DNA of 37,781 nucleotides, taken from the UHGV virus genome UHGV-0171953; one strand, given 5' to 3'. A model generated the notes under the pieces. It worked only from the letters and a program-made list of their open reading frames with translations, did no database searches and was not told the origin of the DNA. This DNA is from a virus. Below are positions 1-9,818 of the stretch, piece by piece. A program made the translations under genes and the position numbers. Position 1 is the stretch's first letter, and every line of letters starts with the position of its first letter.

Positions 1-338
1 TTTTTAATAGCATTTTCATGAGCTTTTTCAGCTCTAGAAAGAGACTTTGCTAATTCATCCCTTTTATGTATATTACCTTGTAATGTTTCAGTAGCATCGT
101 GAACACTTTTTTTATAAGTTTCTAACTTCTTATTTTGTAAATCTAATTGTTTTTGAAATGAGCTTTGAACTCTATTTACACCTTCGGTAGATTTACCAAA
201 CGCCTCTAAACCACTTTGAGCTGCTTTTAACTCACTCTTATTATTTTTAATTTCTGAATTTATACCTTTTAATGTACTGGAATATCCAGAATCATCCAGA
301 ATCATCTTTGCGGTTATTCGTTTTTCTGTATCACTCAT
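1..338 (-). CDS. Tail tape measure protein, N-terminal part (continues across the window junction at 37781)
   Basis: ATG at 338 after RBS AAAGGAG; MSDTEKRITAKMILDDSGYSSTLKGINSEIK...; 338 nt = 112 codons + 2 nt, completed in frame by base 37781. Confidence 0.9.
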   Translation of the reverse strand, partial: MSDTEKRITAKMILDDSGYSSTLKGINSEIKNNKSELKAAQSGLEAFGKSTEGVNRVQSSFQKQLDLQNKKLETYKKSVHDATETLQGNIHKRDELAKSLSRAEKAHENAIK

Positions 339-356
339 TTACACTCCTTTCTCTTT

Positions 357-931
357 CTATAGGAAAGGTACTTCATCTATGCTTACAACTTTCTCAACAT
401 ATCCATCATCTGAAACTGGTTGAGTTTGTTCTTCATATGTTTTATTGAGTTCTTCGATTAACATAACAATTTCTTTAAATGTGCTATCGAAGAACTCTTG
501 TCTTGTAAAATTTAGTTGTGTTTTTGCAATAAAAAAAAGCCTATTTATATCAAATGGCTTTTCGCTAAGGTCTATTTTTTTTTATTATTTTCTGATTTAT
601 TTTCGTCAGTTGTATCAGATGTTTTAACCCCTCTATAATCAAAATATAAATCTGTTGCAAAAGTTACTATTTCATTTACAACTTGATCTGGAGTTAATTT
701 TTCTTTTAATTCATCTATAGTCAATGGATTTTCATTTCCATCCTTATCAACTCTTTTTGATATACAAGAACATACCATAACTTTTAAAGTATTATTATAT
801 AAGTTTTTACCATACATAACTCCATTTATTACATCTCCAAAGTTATCAAATCTTTCATCTATATCAAATATAGTCTTGTTTGTCATTTCAAAAGCTAAGT
901 TTTCATTTCCTACTTTAAATTTTCTTTTCAT
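357..931 (-). CDS. Tail assembly chaperone, -1 frameshifted long form (gpGT-like)
   Basis: A9 run at 575-583 just before TAG. The -1 frame is open for 72 codons (IDLSEKPFDINRLFFIAKTQLNF...DEVPFL) with no start plus RBS of its own and ends just before the tape-measure RBS. Confidence 0.8.
572..931 (-). CDS. Tail assembly chaperone (gpG-like)
   Basis: Lies between major tail and tape measure genes and ends in a slippery A-run. Confidence 0.8.
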   Translation of the reverse strand: MKRKFKVGNENLAFEMTNKTIFDIDERFDNFGDVINGVMYGKNLYNNTLKVMVCSCISKRVDKDGNENPLTIDELKEKLTPDQVVNEIVTFATDLYFDYRGVKTSDTTDENKSENNKKK

Positions 932-956
932 TTAATTTCACTCCCTAATATTTATA

Positions 957-1565
957 TTAATGTTCAGAACTAACTCCATCTGTTTTTTCTTCAGCTATAG
1001 TAACTTTTTCAAAGAATTTACTTAAAAAATCTTTAGTTACATTAGGAGAATCACTACATACATTGTATTGCCATAATCCATTTATTAAAGGTCTAAAACT
1101 TGCTTCTATTTTCTTAGCTTGGAAGTTTGCTTTACCTTCTTTAGCTTTTAAATCTTCATCTGATAATCCAAATGTTCCAGCATATAATATCCCATATTTA
1201 TCTATTCCTTGAGCCTTCTCTGCTTTATATAAAATAGCAAGTGTTGGAGCTATATCATTATCGTTTTTTATTACTCCACCTGTTTTAGCTAACTTGTGCC
1301 CCATAACGTAACATTCATCTTCATCTTGTAAATCTGTTACATTTAAAGTTACTTTTACATCTTGTAAAGTTTGTTCCTCTAAAACTTTTCTTCCTTCATG
1401 ATAATATGGATCTGAGTTTTGCTTTGGTTTTATTCCTATTTGTTTAACCCCTTCTAAGTATCGAGGAGTATCAAAAGTTATACTTTCATCAGTTTCAGTT
1501 TTTAAGTGAGCTACATATAACTTACTTACGTTTACAACTGGTAATATTTTTTGTGGTGCTGACAT
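957..1565 (-). CDS. Major tail protein (phi13-like family)
   Basis: 202 aa; synteny; typical tail tube sequence (LYVAHL...DTPRYLEGVKQIGIKP). Confidence 0.85.
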   Translation of the reverse strand: MSAPQKILPVVNVSKLYVAHLKTETDESITFDTPRYLEGVKQIGIKPKQNSDPYYHEGRKVLEEQTLQDVKVTLNVTDLQDEDECYVMGHKLAKTGGVIKNDNDIAPTLAILYKAEKAQGIDKYGILYAGTFGLSDEDLKAKEGKANFQAKKIEASFRPLINGLWQYNVCSDSPNVTKDFLSKFFEKVTIAEEKTDGVSSEH

Positions 1566-1609
1566 TCTGCATCATTCCTTTCTTTTATAAATAAAAAAAC
1601 TAGCTTATA

Positions 1610-1993
1610 TTAGCTAGTTGGTAAATCAATATTAAATCTTAATGGCTTATGATATAATCCTGTTTTTTCTTCAAATAAATCTGGACTCCCTGCATTATAT
1701 TCAAATCCAGCTTTAATAAATTTATTAATTATAATTGTTTCTAAGTTTGTATAATCTCCTAAACTAAAAATATCAATTTGGACTAAGTGATTTAAATAAT
1801 CTATATTACCCTCACTATATTCACTTCCTCTAGATCTAATAACTTGATACTCTATATATGGAGGTTTAGGATTATTAGCATGAATAAAATATACTTTTTT
1901 ATCACTTGTTAAATCTAATATATCTTTATCATTTAAAACTTCTTTTAATTTCTTTTTAATAATCGAGGTATCTATTTCTATATTACTTTCCAA
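1610..1993 (-). CDS. Tail completion/terminator protein
   Basis: PYIEY, VQIDIFS and YHKPLRF motifs; position before major tail gene. Confidence 0.75.
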   Translation of the reverse strand: MESNIEIDTSIIKKKLKEVLNDKDILDLTSDKKVYFIHANNPKPPYIEYQVIRSRGSEYSEGNIDYLNHLVQIDIFSLGDYTNLETIIINKFIKAGFEYNAGSPDLFEEKTGLYHKPLRFNIDLPTS

Positions 1994-1997
1994 AATA

Positions 1998-2360
1998 TCA
2001 CCCCATCTTTCTAAATATTGTTTGAGCTACCTTTGAAAGAGCTTCCTCTGTGTTTTCCTCAACACTTCTATCAAAATAGCCTACATGAGCTTTTTGTTCA
2101 CTTGTTCCATAATTTTGAAATACGTCATAAAAGGCTTTACTTTTTGCAGTTCCTTCTGTTGCTAAAGCATTTTCTTTAACAGATATTTTAATTTCAGCAA
2201 GTTCTCCTGTTGGTCCTACTGGAGTATCATTTTCTAACCCTTCTCCAATTACTTTTATACCTGACCTTACGGCTTGCCTTTTTATAACTGTATCTAAAGC
2301 CATATTTTTTACATACTCCTCATATTCTTCATATCCCTCAAGTTCTATAGTGCTTGACAT
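1998..2360 (-). CDS. HK97 gp10-like tail component
   Basis: TPVGPTGEL and YGTS motifs; ATG at 2360 follows GGAGGTG. Confidence 0.8.
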   Translation of the reverse strand: MSSTIELEGYEEYEEYVKNMALDTVIKRQAVRSGIKVIGEGLENDTPVGPTGELAEIKISVKENALATEGTAKSKAFYDVFQNYGTSEQKAHVGYFDRSVEENTEEALSKVAQTIFRKMG

Positions 2361-2386
2361 ATACACCTCCAAATAAAAAAAGAAAG

Positions 2387-2752
2387 CTATATAGCTTCCT
2401 TTTTATCTTTTATCATAGTAAATATTGATGAAATTAAAAATAAAATTGCTACAACTAATCCACCAATAAAGTTGATTGGACTATCAGCAGAAATTGAAGT
2501 AAATGCTGCAGCTAAATTAATTATAAAAGCAATAATCATAAATATTCTACTTAATTTTTCTTTATTATTAACTATACATGCACCTACTAAACCAGCTATA
2601 CTTGCAAGTATACTTAAAAATGCAAATGTTAAAGTACTACCGCCTGCTGGATTAGTTACTTTCATATTAAATCCAATAAACAGTAACATACAACCTAATA
2701 GTATTCCAAATATTCCTCCTATAAGGCCTAAAATAAAAGCAGTTTTTTTCAT
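2387..2752 (-). CDS. Four-TM membrane protein (DUF4064-like), moron in the head-tail cluster
   Basis: Four hydrophobic helices; own TATAAT and RBS upstream, hairpin plus U-tract downstream. Confidence 0.65.
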   Translation of the reverse strand: MKKTAFILGLIGGIFGILLGCMLLFIGFNMKVTNPAGGSTLTFAFLSILASIAGLVGACIVNNKEKLSRIFMIIAFIINLAAAFTSISADSPINFIGGLVVAILFLISSIFTMIKDKKEAI

Positions 2753-2803
2753 ATTATAACACCTCCAAGCTATATTATAACTTAAAAGGTAATAATTGGA
2801 AAT

Positions 2804-3151
2804 CTAACAATTTATTTTAGCTTTAATATCTACAAATTCATGCCTATTTTCAAAGTCTAAAACATCTAAAATATCATAATAAAAACCTTTATATTCTATT
2901 CTAAATACTTTACTTGCTCCTGGATCTAGTAACTCTTTTACTTTATTACAGTATCTAACTGTAAATGTAACTATATTTTCACTATTATTTGCTTTAGCAG
3001 CTATATATTCTTTTCCAGATATTCTTTTATAGCCACTCCAACATTTATAGTGCTCTTTCCAAACTTCTTCAGCAAATCCATTTTCATTAGTCTCATTTGA
3101 ATCTGATAATTTTTCTATTTTTATTCTTTCTGTTAATCTACATTCAGCCAT
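2804..3151 (-). CDS. Head closure protein (SPP1 gp16-like)
   Basis: RLTERIKIE, ENGF, FTVRY and YDILDV pattern; synteny. Confidence 0.85.
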   Translation of the reverse strand: MAECRLTERIKIEKLSDSNETNENGFAEEVWKEHYKCWSGYKRISGKEYIAAKANNSENIVTFTVRYCNKVKELLDPGASKVFRIEYKGFYYDILDVLDFENRHEFVDIKAKINC

Positions 3152-3427
3152 TTAATCACCATACTTTAACTGAGTAATAATAGAAGTTAATGTAAATCTT
3201 ACTTTTTTTGTTACTTTTCCATCTTCCATTAATCCTTTATCTTTGTACCATTCATTTACTAAAACTTTACAGTACCTTTTAGCTCTTTTATTTTCGCTAG
3301 TAAATTCTTTTCCAGTAGCATCTTTGAGATATTCCTCAGCGGCATCTATACAGTCCTGAATTTCTTCATCATCATCGTCAAAATCTACTTTTAAGAACTT
3401 TTTAGCTTCTTCTAAAGTTAGAATCAT
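3152..3427 (-). CDS. Head-tail connector (HK97 gp6-like)
   Basis: LTLEEAKKFLKVDFDDDDEEI...AAEEYL signature. Confidence 0.9.
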   Translation of the reverse strand: MILTLEEAKKFLKVDFDDDDEEIQDCIDAAEEYLKDATGKEFTSENKRAKRYCKVLVNEWYKDKGLMEDGKVTKKVRFTLTSIITQLKYGD

Positions 3428-3504
3428 TTAATCCCTCATTTCTTAAAAAACAGTCAAAAAAACGACCTATTTAAATCGATTCTAAGGTGTTTCAAAAACT
3501 TTAA

Positions 3505-3546
3505 TAGACTAATAATACCTTGTAATTTCAACGTATTATTAGTCTA
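3505..3546 (-). terminator. Hairpin after the capsid gene
   Basis: TAGACTAATAATAC...GTATTATTAGTCTA 14-bp inverted repeat. Confidence 0.55.
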
Positions 3547-3561
3547 AAATATATTTTTTAC

Positions 3562-4731
3562 TTATTTAGATTTTCCTGGTGTTATAGTTATAACTCCTTT
3601 TACTATAGCTTCTGAATCTACGTCTTTTATATCTAATCTTTCTCTTACTTTTATTCCTGCTAAATCTTTATTCCAATAAGAATCTCCTTGAGTGTTCATT
3701 TCTACAGAAAGAGTTTCTCTATCAAATAAAGTTATAGCTTCTTTAAAATCTCCACAATATATAGGAGCTTTATTTTCAGTTGTTTTTAATGTTTTATTAG
3801 AAAGTTTTACAACTGGATAAGTTCCAAATAATAATTTTCTTGTTGATTGAGTTGGATCTGGTTGAAGTATATACTTTCCATCAGTATCTTTTAATTTATC
3901 AAGATAATTATAACCATCTTGATTAGTTACAACTTTGGAAGTTAACGCTATAGCTGGATCAAGTGATACATTAAATATATCTTTTAAATCATCTAAAGTT
4001 GCAACATCTTTTTCTTTTCCCTTTGTTAGTTCATCAGCTTGCTTTAATATTAAAAAGTTTCTTGTAACTTTAGCCTTTTTAGAAATCCATTTTTTTAAAT
4101 ATGCTTGTATATTTTCAGCTGAATCTTGAATTAACTCTCTAGTTACTTTTAACGTTCCACCTTTTTTCTTAACTTTATATTCTATATTTTTAAATTTAGG
4201 TGTTTCTATATCTGGAAAATCTGCTGCCTCATCTATATTATCAAATGGAGTTTCTTCTGAATTTACTTCTATAACTCTAGATCCACTTAAAGTTGTAACT
4301 TTCTCAACATTTACTAATGTTTCTAATGAATCTTCTCCTCTTCTAAGTTCTTTTATCTCTGTTCTCATATCTTTAGGAACAGTTAATCCTCCATCAGCAG
4401 GACTTCCTTCGCTCATTTGATTTAATATAGTTTTATCTTCATCACTTATATTACTTTCTGTTAATCTGGCCTTTATTGCATTTACAAAAGCATTTGATTC
4501 TTTTTTAGAATTTGATATTTCTGTTTTTTTAGCTTTATTTTTTATATTTTCTTTAGCAGCTTCATCTGCTTCAGCTTCTAAATCATAAAGAAGGTCAAAT
4601 TTATCACTTAAATTTTTTAATTCCTCTTTAGCTACTTTTGCTTCCTCTAGTTTATTTTCATTAACTAAATTCTTTACTAATTCTTTTTGAGCTTTTATCT
4701 TATTCATTAATTCTAATAATTCTTTTGACAT
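3562..4731 (-). CDS. Major capsid protein, HK97 family
   Basis: Coiled-coil delta domain, DGGLTVP, LKDTDGKYILQPD and GDFKEA motifs. Confidence 0.95.
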   Translation of the reverse strand: MSKELLELMNKIKAQKELVKNLVNENKLEEAKVAKEELKNLSDKFDLLYDLEAEADEAAKENIKNKAKKTEISNSKKESNAFVNAIKARLTESNISDEDKTILNQMSEGSPADGGLTVPKDMRTEIKELRRGEDSLETLVNVEKVTTLSGSRVIEVNSEETPFDNIDEAADFPDIETPKFKNIEYKVKKKGGTLKVTRELIQDSAENIQAYLKKWISKKAKVTRNFLILKQADELTKGKEKDVATLDDLKDIFNVSLDPAIALTSKVVTNQDGYNYLDKLKDTDGKYILQPDPTQSTRKLLFGTYPVVKLSNKTLKTTENKAPIYCGDFKEAITLFDRETLSVEMNTQGDSYWNKDLAGIKVRERLDIKDVDSEAIVKGVITITPGKSK

Positions 4732-4783
4732 TTTTATTCCTCACTTTTCTATGTATTTTTGGATTTTAGCAATAAAAAAAGAC

Positions 4784-5629
4784 TTAGTATAAATCTAAAT
4801 CCTTCAATATATCTTCTTTTTCTTTTTCAATTGTATTTTCTACTTTTTTATCATCTTCTTTTTGATTTTGTAGATGTAAAAGTACTTTATTTGCAATTTC
4901 TTCTATATCCAATTTTTGATTTTTATCACTTTTTTTATTTTCTTCAAATAGGTTTTTAGGAGTATTTTTATATTTATCAAAAAAGTTAGATGAACATGCA
5001 ACTGCTTCGAATTCTTCTTCTACATCAATATTAAAGTATTCTGCAGCTCTTTCACCAGTAAACCATGTTTCTTGATTCATAAGTTCTGAAATTTCTTCTC
5101 TTGTTACTCCTTCTTTTACATGGTCCATATATATATTTAATATACTTTCCTTACAACTTTCTAAAACTCCTACAATCTCATTCAATTCTTTAGCGTTATA
5201 TCCTCCAAATAAAAATGTTAAAGGGTTATGAATCATAAAGTTAGCATATTTAGGTATTATAACTTTATCTCCTGCAAGTGCTATTACACTAGCTATACTT
5301 GCTGCTAATCCATCAACATGAACAGTCTTTTTACCTTTATGTCTTTTTAACATACTATAAATTGCTATTCCACCAAATACAGATCCACCGCCAGAGTTGA
5401 TATATATATCTACATTTTGTGAATTCTCTAGTTCTTTTAGGAAGTCACTTACATCTTGAGGGCATTTATCTTCGTCCGCCCACCAACTACTCCAACTATC
5501 TGAAACTATATCTCCATAGAAATAAAGTTCTGCTTTTTCTTCTGTTTGATTTTTTATTTCTATCTTACCAACATTTTTTAATTCTCCAGTTTTGGTATCT
5601 TTATTTTGTAAATTTAATATTTTACTCAC
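4784..5629 (-). CDS. ClpP-like head maturation protease
   Basis: INSGGGSV, DGLAASIASVI, MIHNP and ETWF motifs; probable GTG start at 5629 after GGAGG. Confidence 0.92.
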   Translation of the reverse strand: MSKILNLQNKDTKTGELKNVGKIEIKNQTEEKAELYFYGDIVSDSWSSWWADEDKCPQDVSDFLKELENSQNVDIYINSGGGSVFGGIAIYSMLKRHKGKKTVHVDGLAASIASVIALAGDKVIIPKYANFMIHNPLTFLFGGYNAKELNEIVGVLESCKESILNIYMDHVKEGVTREEISELMNQETWFTGERAAEYFNIDVEEEFEAVACSSNFFDKYKNTPKNLFEENKKSDKNQKLDIEEIANKVLLHLQNQKEDDKKVENTIEKEKEDILKDLDLY

Positions 5630-6884
5630 TGTTTTCGCCTCCTTCCCCATATTGCTTTCCTACTTTTGTTATAGGTATATAGTTACCATTACAAACTAAT
5701 ATATCTCCACCTTCTTTTGCTGGCATATCTAAAATTGCTCTAGCATCATTTGGAGTATATATAGCATTATTTACAAAGGATGTTAAGCACTCTGCCTGTG
5801 TCTTTGCATCTGTTCGTAAAATAGCTTTTTCATTGAATTTATAATATTTATTTTCATTTTTCTCTTCATCACTTAATAATTTGTAGCAAATTTCCTCTTC
5901 ATATTGTTTTAATATAAATTGCTCTGTATCTACATAAAAGCTAAGTTGTTGCATTTCTCCACTTGAATAACTTGATTTTTCATAGTTATTTATTTGATTT
6001 GGTTTTATTCCAAAAGCTCCAGCTATTTGAAGTGATGAAAATTTCTTTAATTCGTAAAATTGGCTATCTGTTAGCTTTATATTTAAAGGTGTTATTTTCA
6101 TCCCAAGAGGAATAGGAATTATTTTACCTGCATTTTGAGATCCATTAGCAAACCTTGAAATACCTTCTATTAATTTATCTTCTTTTGACTTATCTAAATC
6201 TCCTGTATATTCCAATGTAGCTTTTGCAGTAAGTCCTGTTTTATAAAGGTTATTAATGAAATTTTGACTTTCAACTCCACCCTCAAGGGTATATTTTAAA
6301 ATTTTGCTAACTGGCTCACCTAATATACCATCAAATGTAAATGAGGTTTTAAAGTGTAGTACTTCTTCATTTTTAAATACAAATTGTTCTCCAGTATATT
6401 TATCTGTATATACATACCAAATTGCATCTTTAATACCTAATATACCTGCATCATCTATAATAACTTGTACATCATTACTTGGCATAATCCATAAATCTTT
6501 TATTTCATATGTAGCTCCATATTTTTCACGCTTAAATTCTTTTCTTATATAGACATAGGCATTTCCAAAGTGATTTCTATTATTTTCTACAGTTGCCCAA
6601 AATATCGAGGGTGTCATATAAGGGTTAGGCCTAACCTTTAATAAATTATATGCTTTATTTGGTGCTGCTCTTATTACACCTTTTTCCGTTTCTTGATACA
6701 TTTTAATAGGCATTTTGCCTAATGTCTCAGATAACATTTTTAAGCAAGTAAAATAAGTAACTTCACTTAAAATACTTTTATTTCTAGTTGTTATACCTAA
6801 CCATTCTAGTAATTTTTCACTTTTCATATCAACAGTCTGTGGTTTAGGTAATATAAGATTTTTTAAATTTTTTATAAGGTTCAT
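5622..6884 (-). CDS. Portal protein, HK97 family
   Basis: RPNPYMT, GNAYVYI, EVLHFK and IAGAFGI motifs. Confidence 0.95.
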   Translation of the reverse strand: MNLIKNLKNLILPKPQTVDMKSEKLLEWLGITTRNKSILSEVTYFTCLKMLSETLGKMPIKMYQETEKGVIRAAPNKAYNLLKVRPNPYMTPSIFWATVENNRNHFGNAYVYIRKEFKREKYGATYEIKDLWIMPSNDVQVIIDDAGILGIKDAIWYVYTDKYTGEQFVFKNEEVLHFKTSFTFDGILGEPVSKILKYTLEGGVESQNFINNLYKTGLTAKATLEYTGDLDKSKEDKLIEGISRFANGSQNAGKIIPIPLGMKITPLNIKLTDSQFYELKKFSSLQIAGAFGIKPNQINNYEKSSYSSGEMQQLSFYVDTEQFILKQYEEEICYKLLSDEEKNENKYYKFNEKAILRTDAKTQAECLTSFVNNAIYTPNDARAILDMPAKEGGDILVCNGNYIPITKVGKQYGEGGENSE

Positions 6885-6899
6885 TTTTGCACCTCCCTT

Positions 6900-8621
6900 C
6901 TAATTCCATCCCATCATATCTAGATACCTATCAACCGATTCATTTACATTTACTAATCTTTCTTCTTTAAATGCTAATTTATATGCATCTATAATGGCAT
7001 CAATTGGGTCTATTCTTTTGTTTCTCTTATCTTTATCTATCTTAATTTCTCCATTTGGATTAGAAACTGTTTTTGCATTTAAAGCTGACCATGAAAGCAA
7101 TTCATTTTCTTTATTGTATTCAATATTTTTTGCTCTTACTTCAAGTTCAAAGTCCTCAGTAGGGTCATTAAGCCATTTATGGGTTTGATAAATTTCTATA
7201 CAGTCGAATCCTAATTCTTCTAAATCACTTAAAAATGTATCTGCATTATGTGGATCATAGCCTAACTGTTCAATTTTAAGGTCGTATTTTTCAATAAGGT
7301 CCTTTAAATATTTAATTATATATTTATAGTCAGTTTTAATACCTCCTAAGGATTCTGTAACTGTCAATAATTTGCTTTTAATCCATAAATCGTATGGTGC
7401 ATCGTCACTTTTGATATGCTCCTCTACTCTCATTTTTGGTATAAAACTATGAGAATGAACATAATACTTCTTAACTCCATCAACATAATATACAAATACC
7501 AATGCTAGTGAAGTTAAATCTCCTCCAGAACTTAAGTCTAATCCTGCATAACATTTTTGACCTCTAAAATCCTCTAGAGTTCTTTCACTTTCGCACTCTT
7601 TCCAAAACTTAGGCTTTATATATTGGTCATCTGTAAACTGAATCCATATATTTAATGCTTTTGTTAAGAAATCTCTTAGATCATCTCCGCCCATATCTCT
7701 TGCAGAGTCCCCTACTTTTTTTAAATTTTCAAGGTCTTCCTTATCTTTACATACTAGCGGATTAGCTTTTATCCAATTTTTATAGTCCCAAATATCATCT
7801 TCCTCATCCATTTCAGCAATATATACAAATTGAGCGTCATTAGTAAATACATTTTCTAAAATGTTTTTACAGTATTCATACAGTTTAAAACAAGGGCAGT
7901 TTAATTCAAATCCAGCCGTAGTTATTACTGAAATTAAACATTGTTTCATTTTTCTTGTACCACCCTCAAGCAATTTATACATTTGATTATTCTTGTGAGC
8001 GTGATATTCATCGACTATCCCAAGCAACGGTCTAAAACCATCTATTGATTTTGTATCTCTTCCTAATGCTCTTATTATAGAGTTAGTATTTAAAGCTATT
8101 ATTGTATTGTCATGTTCTTTAACCTTAAAAAACTCCGATAAATCTTCATCAGAGTTAATAAACTTAATCATTTCATTTAATACTATCTTAGCTTGGTCTG
8201 ATTTAGTGGCCGTACAATATAGTTGCCCATATTTATAACCACTAAAAGCTCCATAATATGTGCCTAAAATACCATTTAAAAATGATTTTCCATTTTGTCT
8301 ACCAAGCTGGACATAAGATGTTCTAAATCTCCTATATCCAGTACCTTTTGTAACCCATCCATTTAAGCAGCCTAATATAAATACTTGAAATCCTTCTAAA
8401 TTTACAGGAATTTCTTCCTCACCTTCTGCTATTGTAAGTGTTTCTGCAAAATCTAAAATGTCATTTGCTTTTTCTATATCAAACTCATACTTATATGGAG
8501 CTAACTTTGACTTTTCTAAATCATCTAAATGCCTTTGACATGCTAAAATTGCATATCTTCCAGCTACAATCCTACCTTCTACTACGTCTACTGCATATTG
8601 AGTAACCCTATCTAAATTCAC
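6900..8621 (-). CDS. terL: Terminase large subunit
   Basis: Walker A GRQNGKS, Walker B IVDEYH, ITTAG, GLDLS and RIDPIDA nuclease motifs. Confidence 0.96.
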   Translation of the reverse strand: MNLDRVTQYAVDVVEGRIVAGRYAILACQRHLDDLEKSKLAPYKYEFDIEKANDILDFAETLTIAEGEEEIPVNLEGFQVFILGCLNGWVTKGTGYRRFRTSYVQLGRQNGKSFLNGILGTYYGAFSGYKYGQLYCTATKSDQAKIVLNEMIKFINSDEDLSEFFKVKEHDNTIIALNTNSIIRALGRDTKSIDGFRPLLGIVDEYHAHKNNQMYKLLEGGTRKMKQCLISVITTAGFELNCPCFKLYEYCKNILENVFTNDAQFVYIAEMDEEDDIWDYKNWIKANPLVCKDKEDLENLKKVGDSARDMGGDDLRDFLTKALNIWIQFTDDQYIKPKFWKECESERTLEDFRGQKCYAGLDLSSGGDLTSLALVFVYYVDGVKKYYVHSHSFIPKMRVEEHIKSDDAPYDLWIKSKLLTVTESLGGIKTDYKYIIKYLKDLIEKYDLKIEQLGYDPHNADTFLSDLEELGFDCIEIYQTHKWLNDPTEDFELEVRAKNIEYNKENELLSWSALNAKTVSNPNGEIKIDKDKRNKRIDPIDAIIDAYKLAFKEERLVNVNESVDRYLDMMGWN

Positions 8622-8634
8622 ATAGAATCACCCC

Positions 8635-9090
8635 CTATTTTGCAAACTTAGAAAATTTATTTTTCTTTTCATTTTCAACTGGTTTAGGTACAACTAACTT
8701 GCATCTACTTGATATAGTTAATCCTAAATCACTCGCTGCTTGTCTACTTTGTTTGAAAAGTTTATCTTGCATTACTAAATAATTAAAGTATTTATCATTG
8801 TCTACACCTGTTTTTAATAGCTTTTTTGTTACCTTCTGATAGTTATATTCAGAAACTACAAATCTTGCCAAGGCTTCACAATCTAAATTAGTCATTATAT
8901 CTATATTTATTAATTCACTAGCTATCCTTATAAATTCTTTCTTTAATGTTTTTGGCAAATAAGAAGGTGGCTCTACTTTATCATTGTCAGCCTTAACTTC
9001 TTTAGATTTTCTTTCTTCTATTTCAGATTTTGTTAAGTGTTTTTTACCTTTTGCCTGTATCAAAGAAATAGGTTGTTTCGGCCTAGCCAT
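8635..9090 (-). CDS. terS: Terminase small subunit, P27 family
   Basis: MARPKQP, PPSYL and LGLTISSRCKL motifs; directly upstream of terL. Confidence 0.92.
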   Translation of the reverse strand: MARPKQPISLIQAKGKKHLTKSEIEERKSKEVKADNDKVEPPSYLPKTLKKEFIRIASELINIDIMTNLDCEALARFVVSEYNYQKVTKKLLKTGVDNDKYFNYLVMQDKLFKQSRQAASDLGLTISSRCKLVVPKPVENEKKNKFSKFAK

Positions 9091-9135
9091 CTCCCCACCT
9101 CCTTATTTTTTTATTCAATTTTTGCAAAACTTAAA

Positions 9136-9277
9136 ATAGCTACAATTTAGATAAATTCTAAATTGTAGCTATCTCTGTGCTGCTCTTGAAAATTTTATTT
9201 AGGGAATTTCCGCGGAAAAAAACTGCAACCGTGGACTTAGGGCAAAAGCCAAAAACTTTTTGACTACCCCCTACCCT
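9136..9277. other. Probable cos/packaging region
   Basis: Intergenic between HNH and terS; locally GC-rich (GGGTAGGGGGTAG, GTCCACGGTTGCAG, CCGCGG) with a 16-bp-arm inverted repeat at 9136-9172. Confidence 0.6.
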
Positions 9278-9691
9278 TTAGTAATTTTCTTTTATCAATT
9301 CCTTAAGTTCATTTTGCATCTTAGCTTTAGATGTTTCTCCTTTATCGTACATTCTATGTACCTTGTTATGGCACCTATCTCATAAGCATATAAGGTTATA
9401 CATATTCAATCTCTTACTCCAACAATCTTTTAAAGTCTCTATATGATGCACTACATCACTTAGGTTATCATCACATAGCTTACACATTCCATCATCTCTT
9501 TGTTTTACAGAATCTCTAGTAAACTTCCATTCTTTACTGCAATAAAATTTCTGTTCTTTAAAGTCTACCCTTCGCTTTCTATAATCCTTATATACTTTCT
9601 TCTGTCTATTATTAAACTTAGATTCACATTCAGAACACATAGAAATATCTTGGGGAATTATCTTCCCACATCTGCAAAACTTCTTTAGCAT
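9278..9691 (-). pseudogene. Terminase-associated HNH endonuclease interrupted by in-frame TGA at 9380-9382
   Basis: CKLC...VHH...NLICL*DRCHNKVH; the frame stays open for 33 more codons to TAA at 9278. The stop sits at the first Cys of the CxxCH motif. Confidence 0.8.
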
Positions 9692-9724
9692 GTTTATCCT
9701 TTAGTTTGTATTTTATAAATTAAA

Positions 9725-9748
9725 AAGGCTAGAAATTAATCTAGCCTT
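9725..9748 (-). terminator. Hairpin plus U-tract in the late leader
   Basis: AAGGCTAGA-N6-TCTAGCCTT followed by T-run on the minus strand. Confidence 0.65.
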
Positions 9749-9818
9749 CTATGAGAACGTACTATTTAGTTTATACTCTATACCGCTATAGAGTGCTCTT
9801 AAGAGCCGTAAAGTTTAT

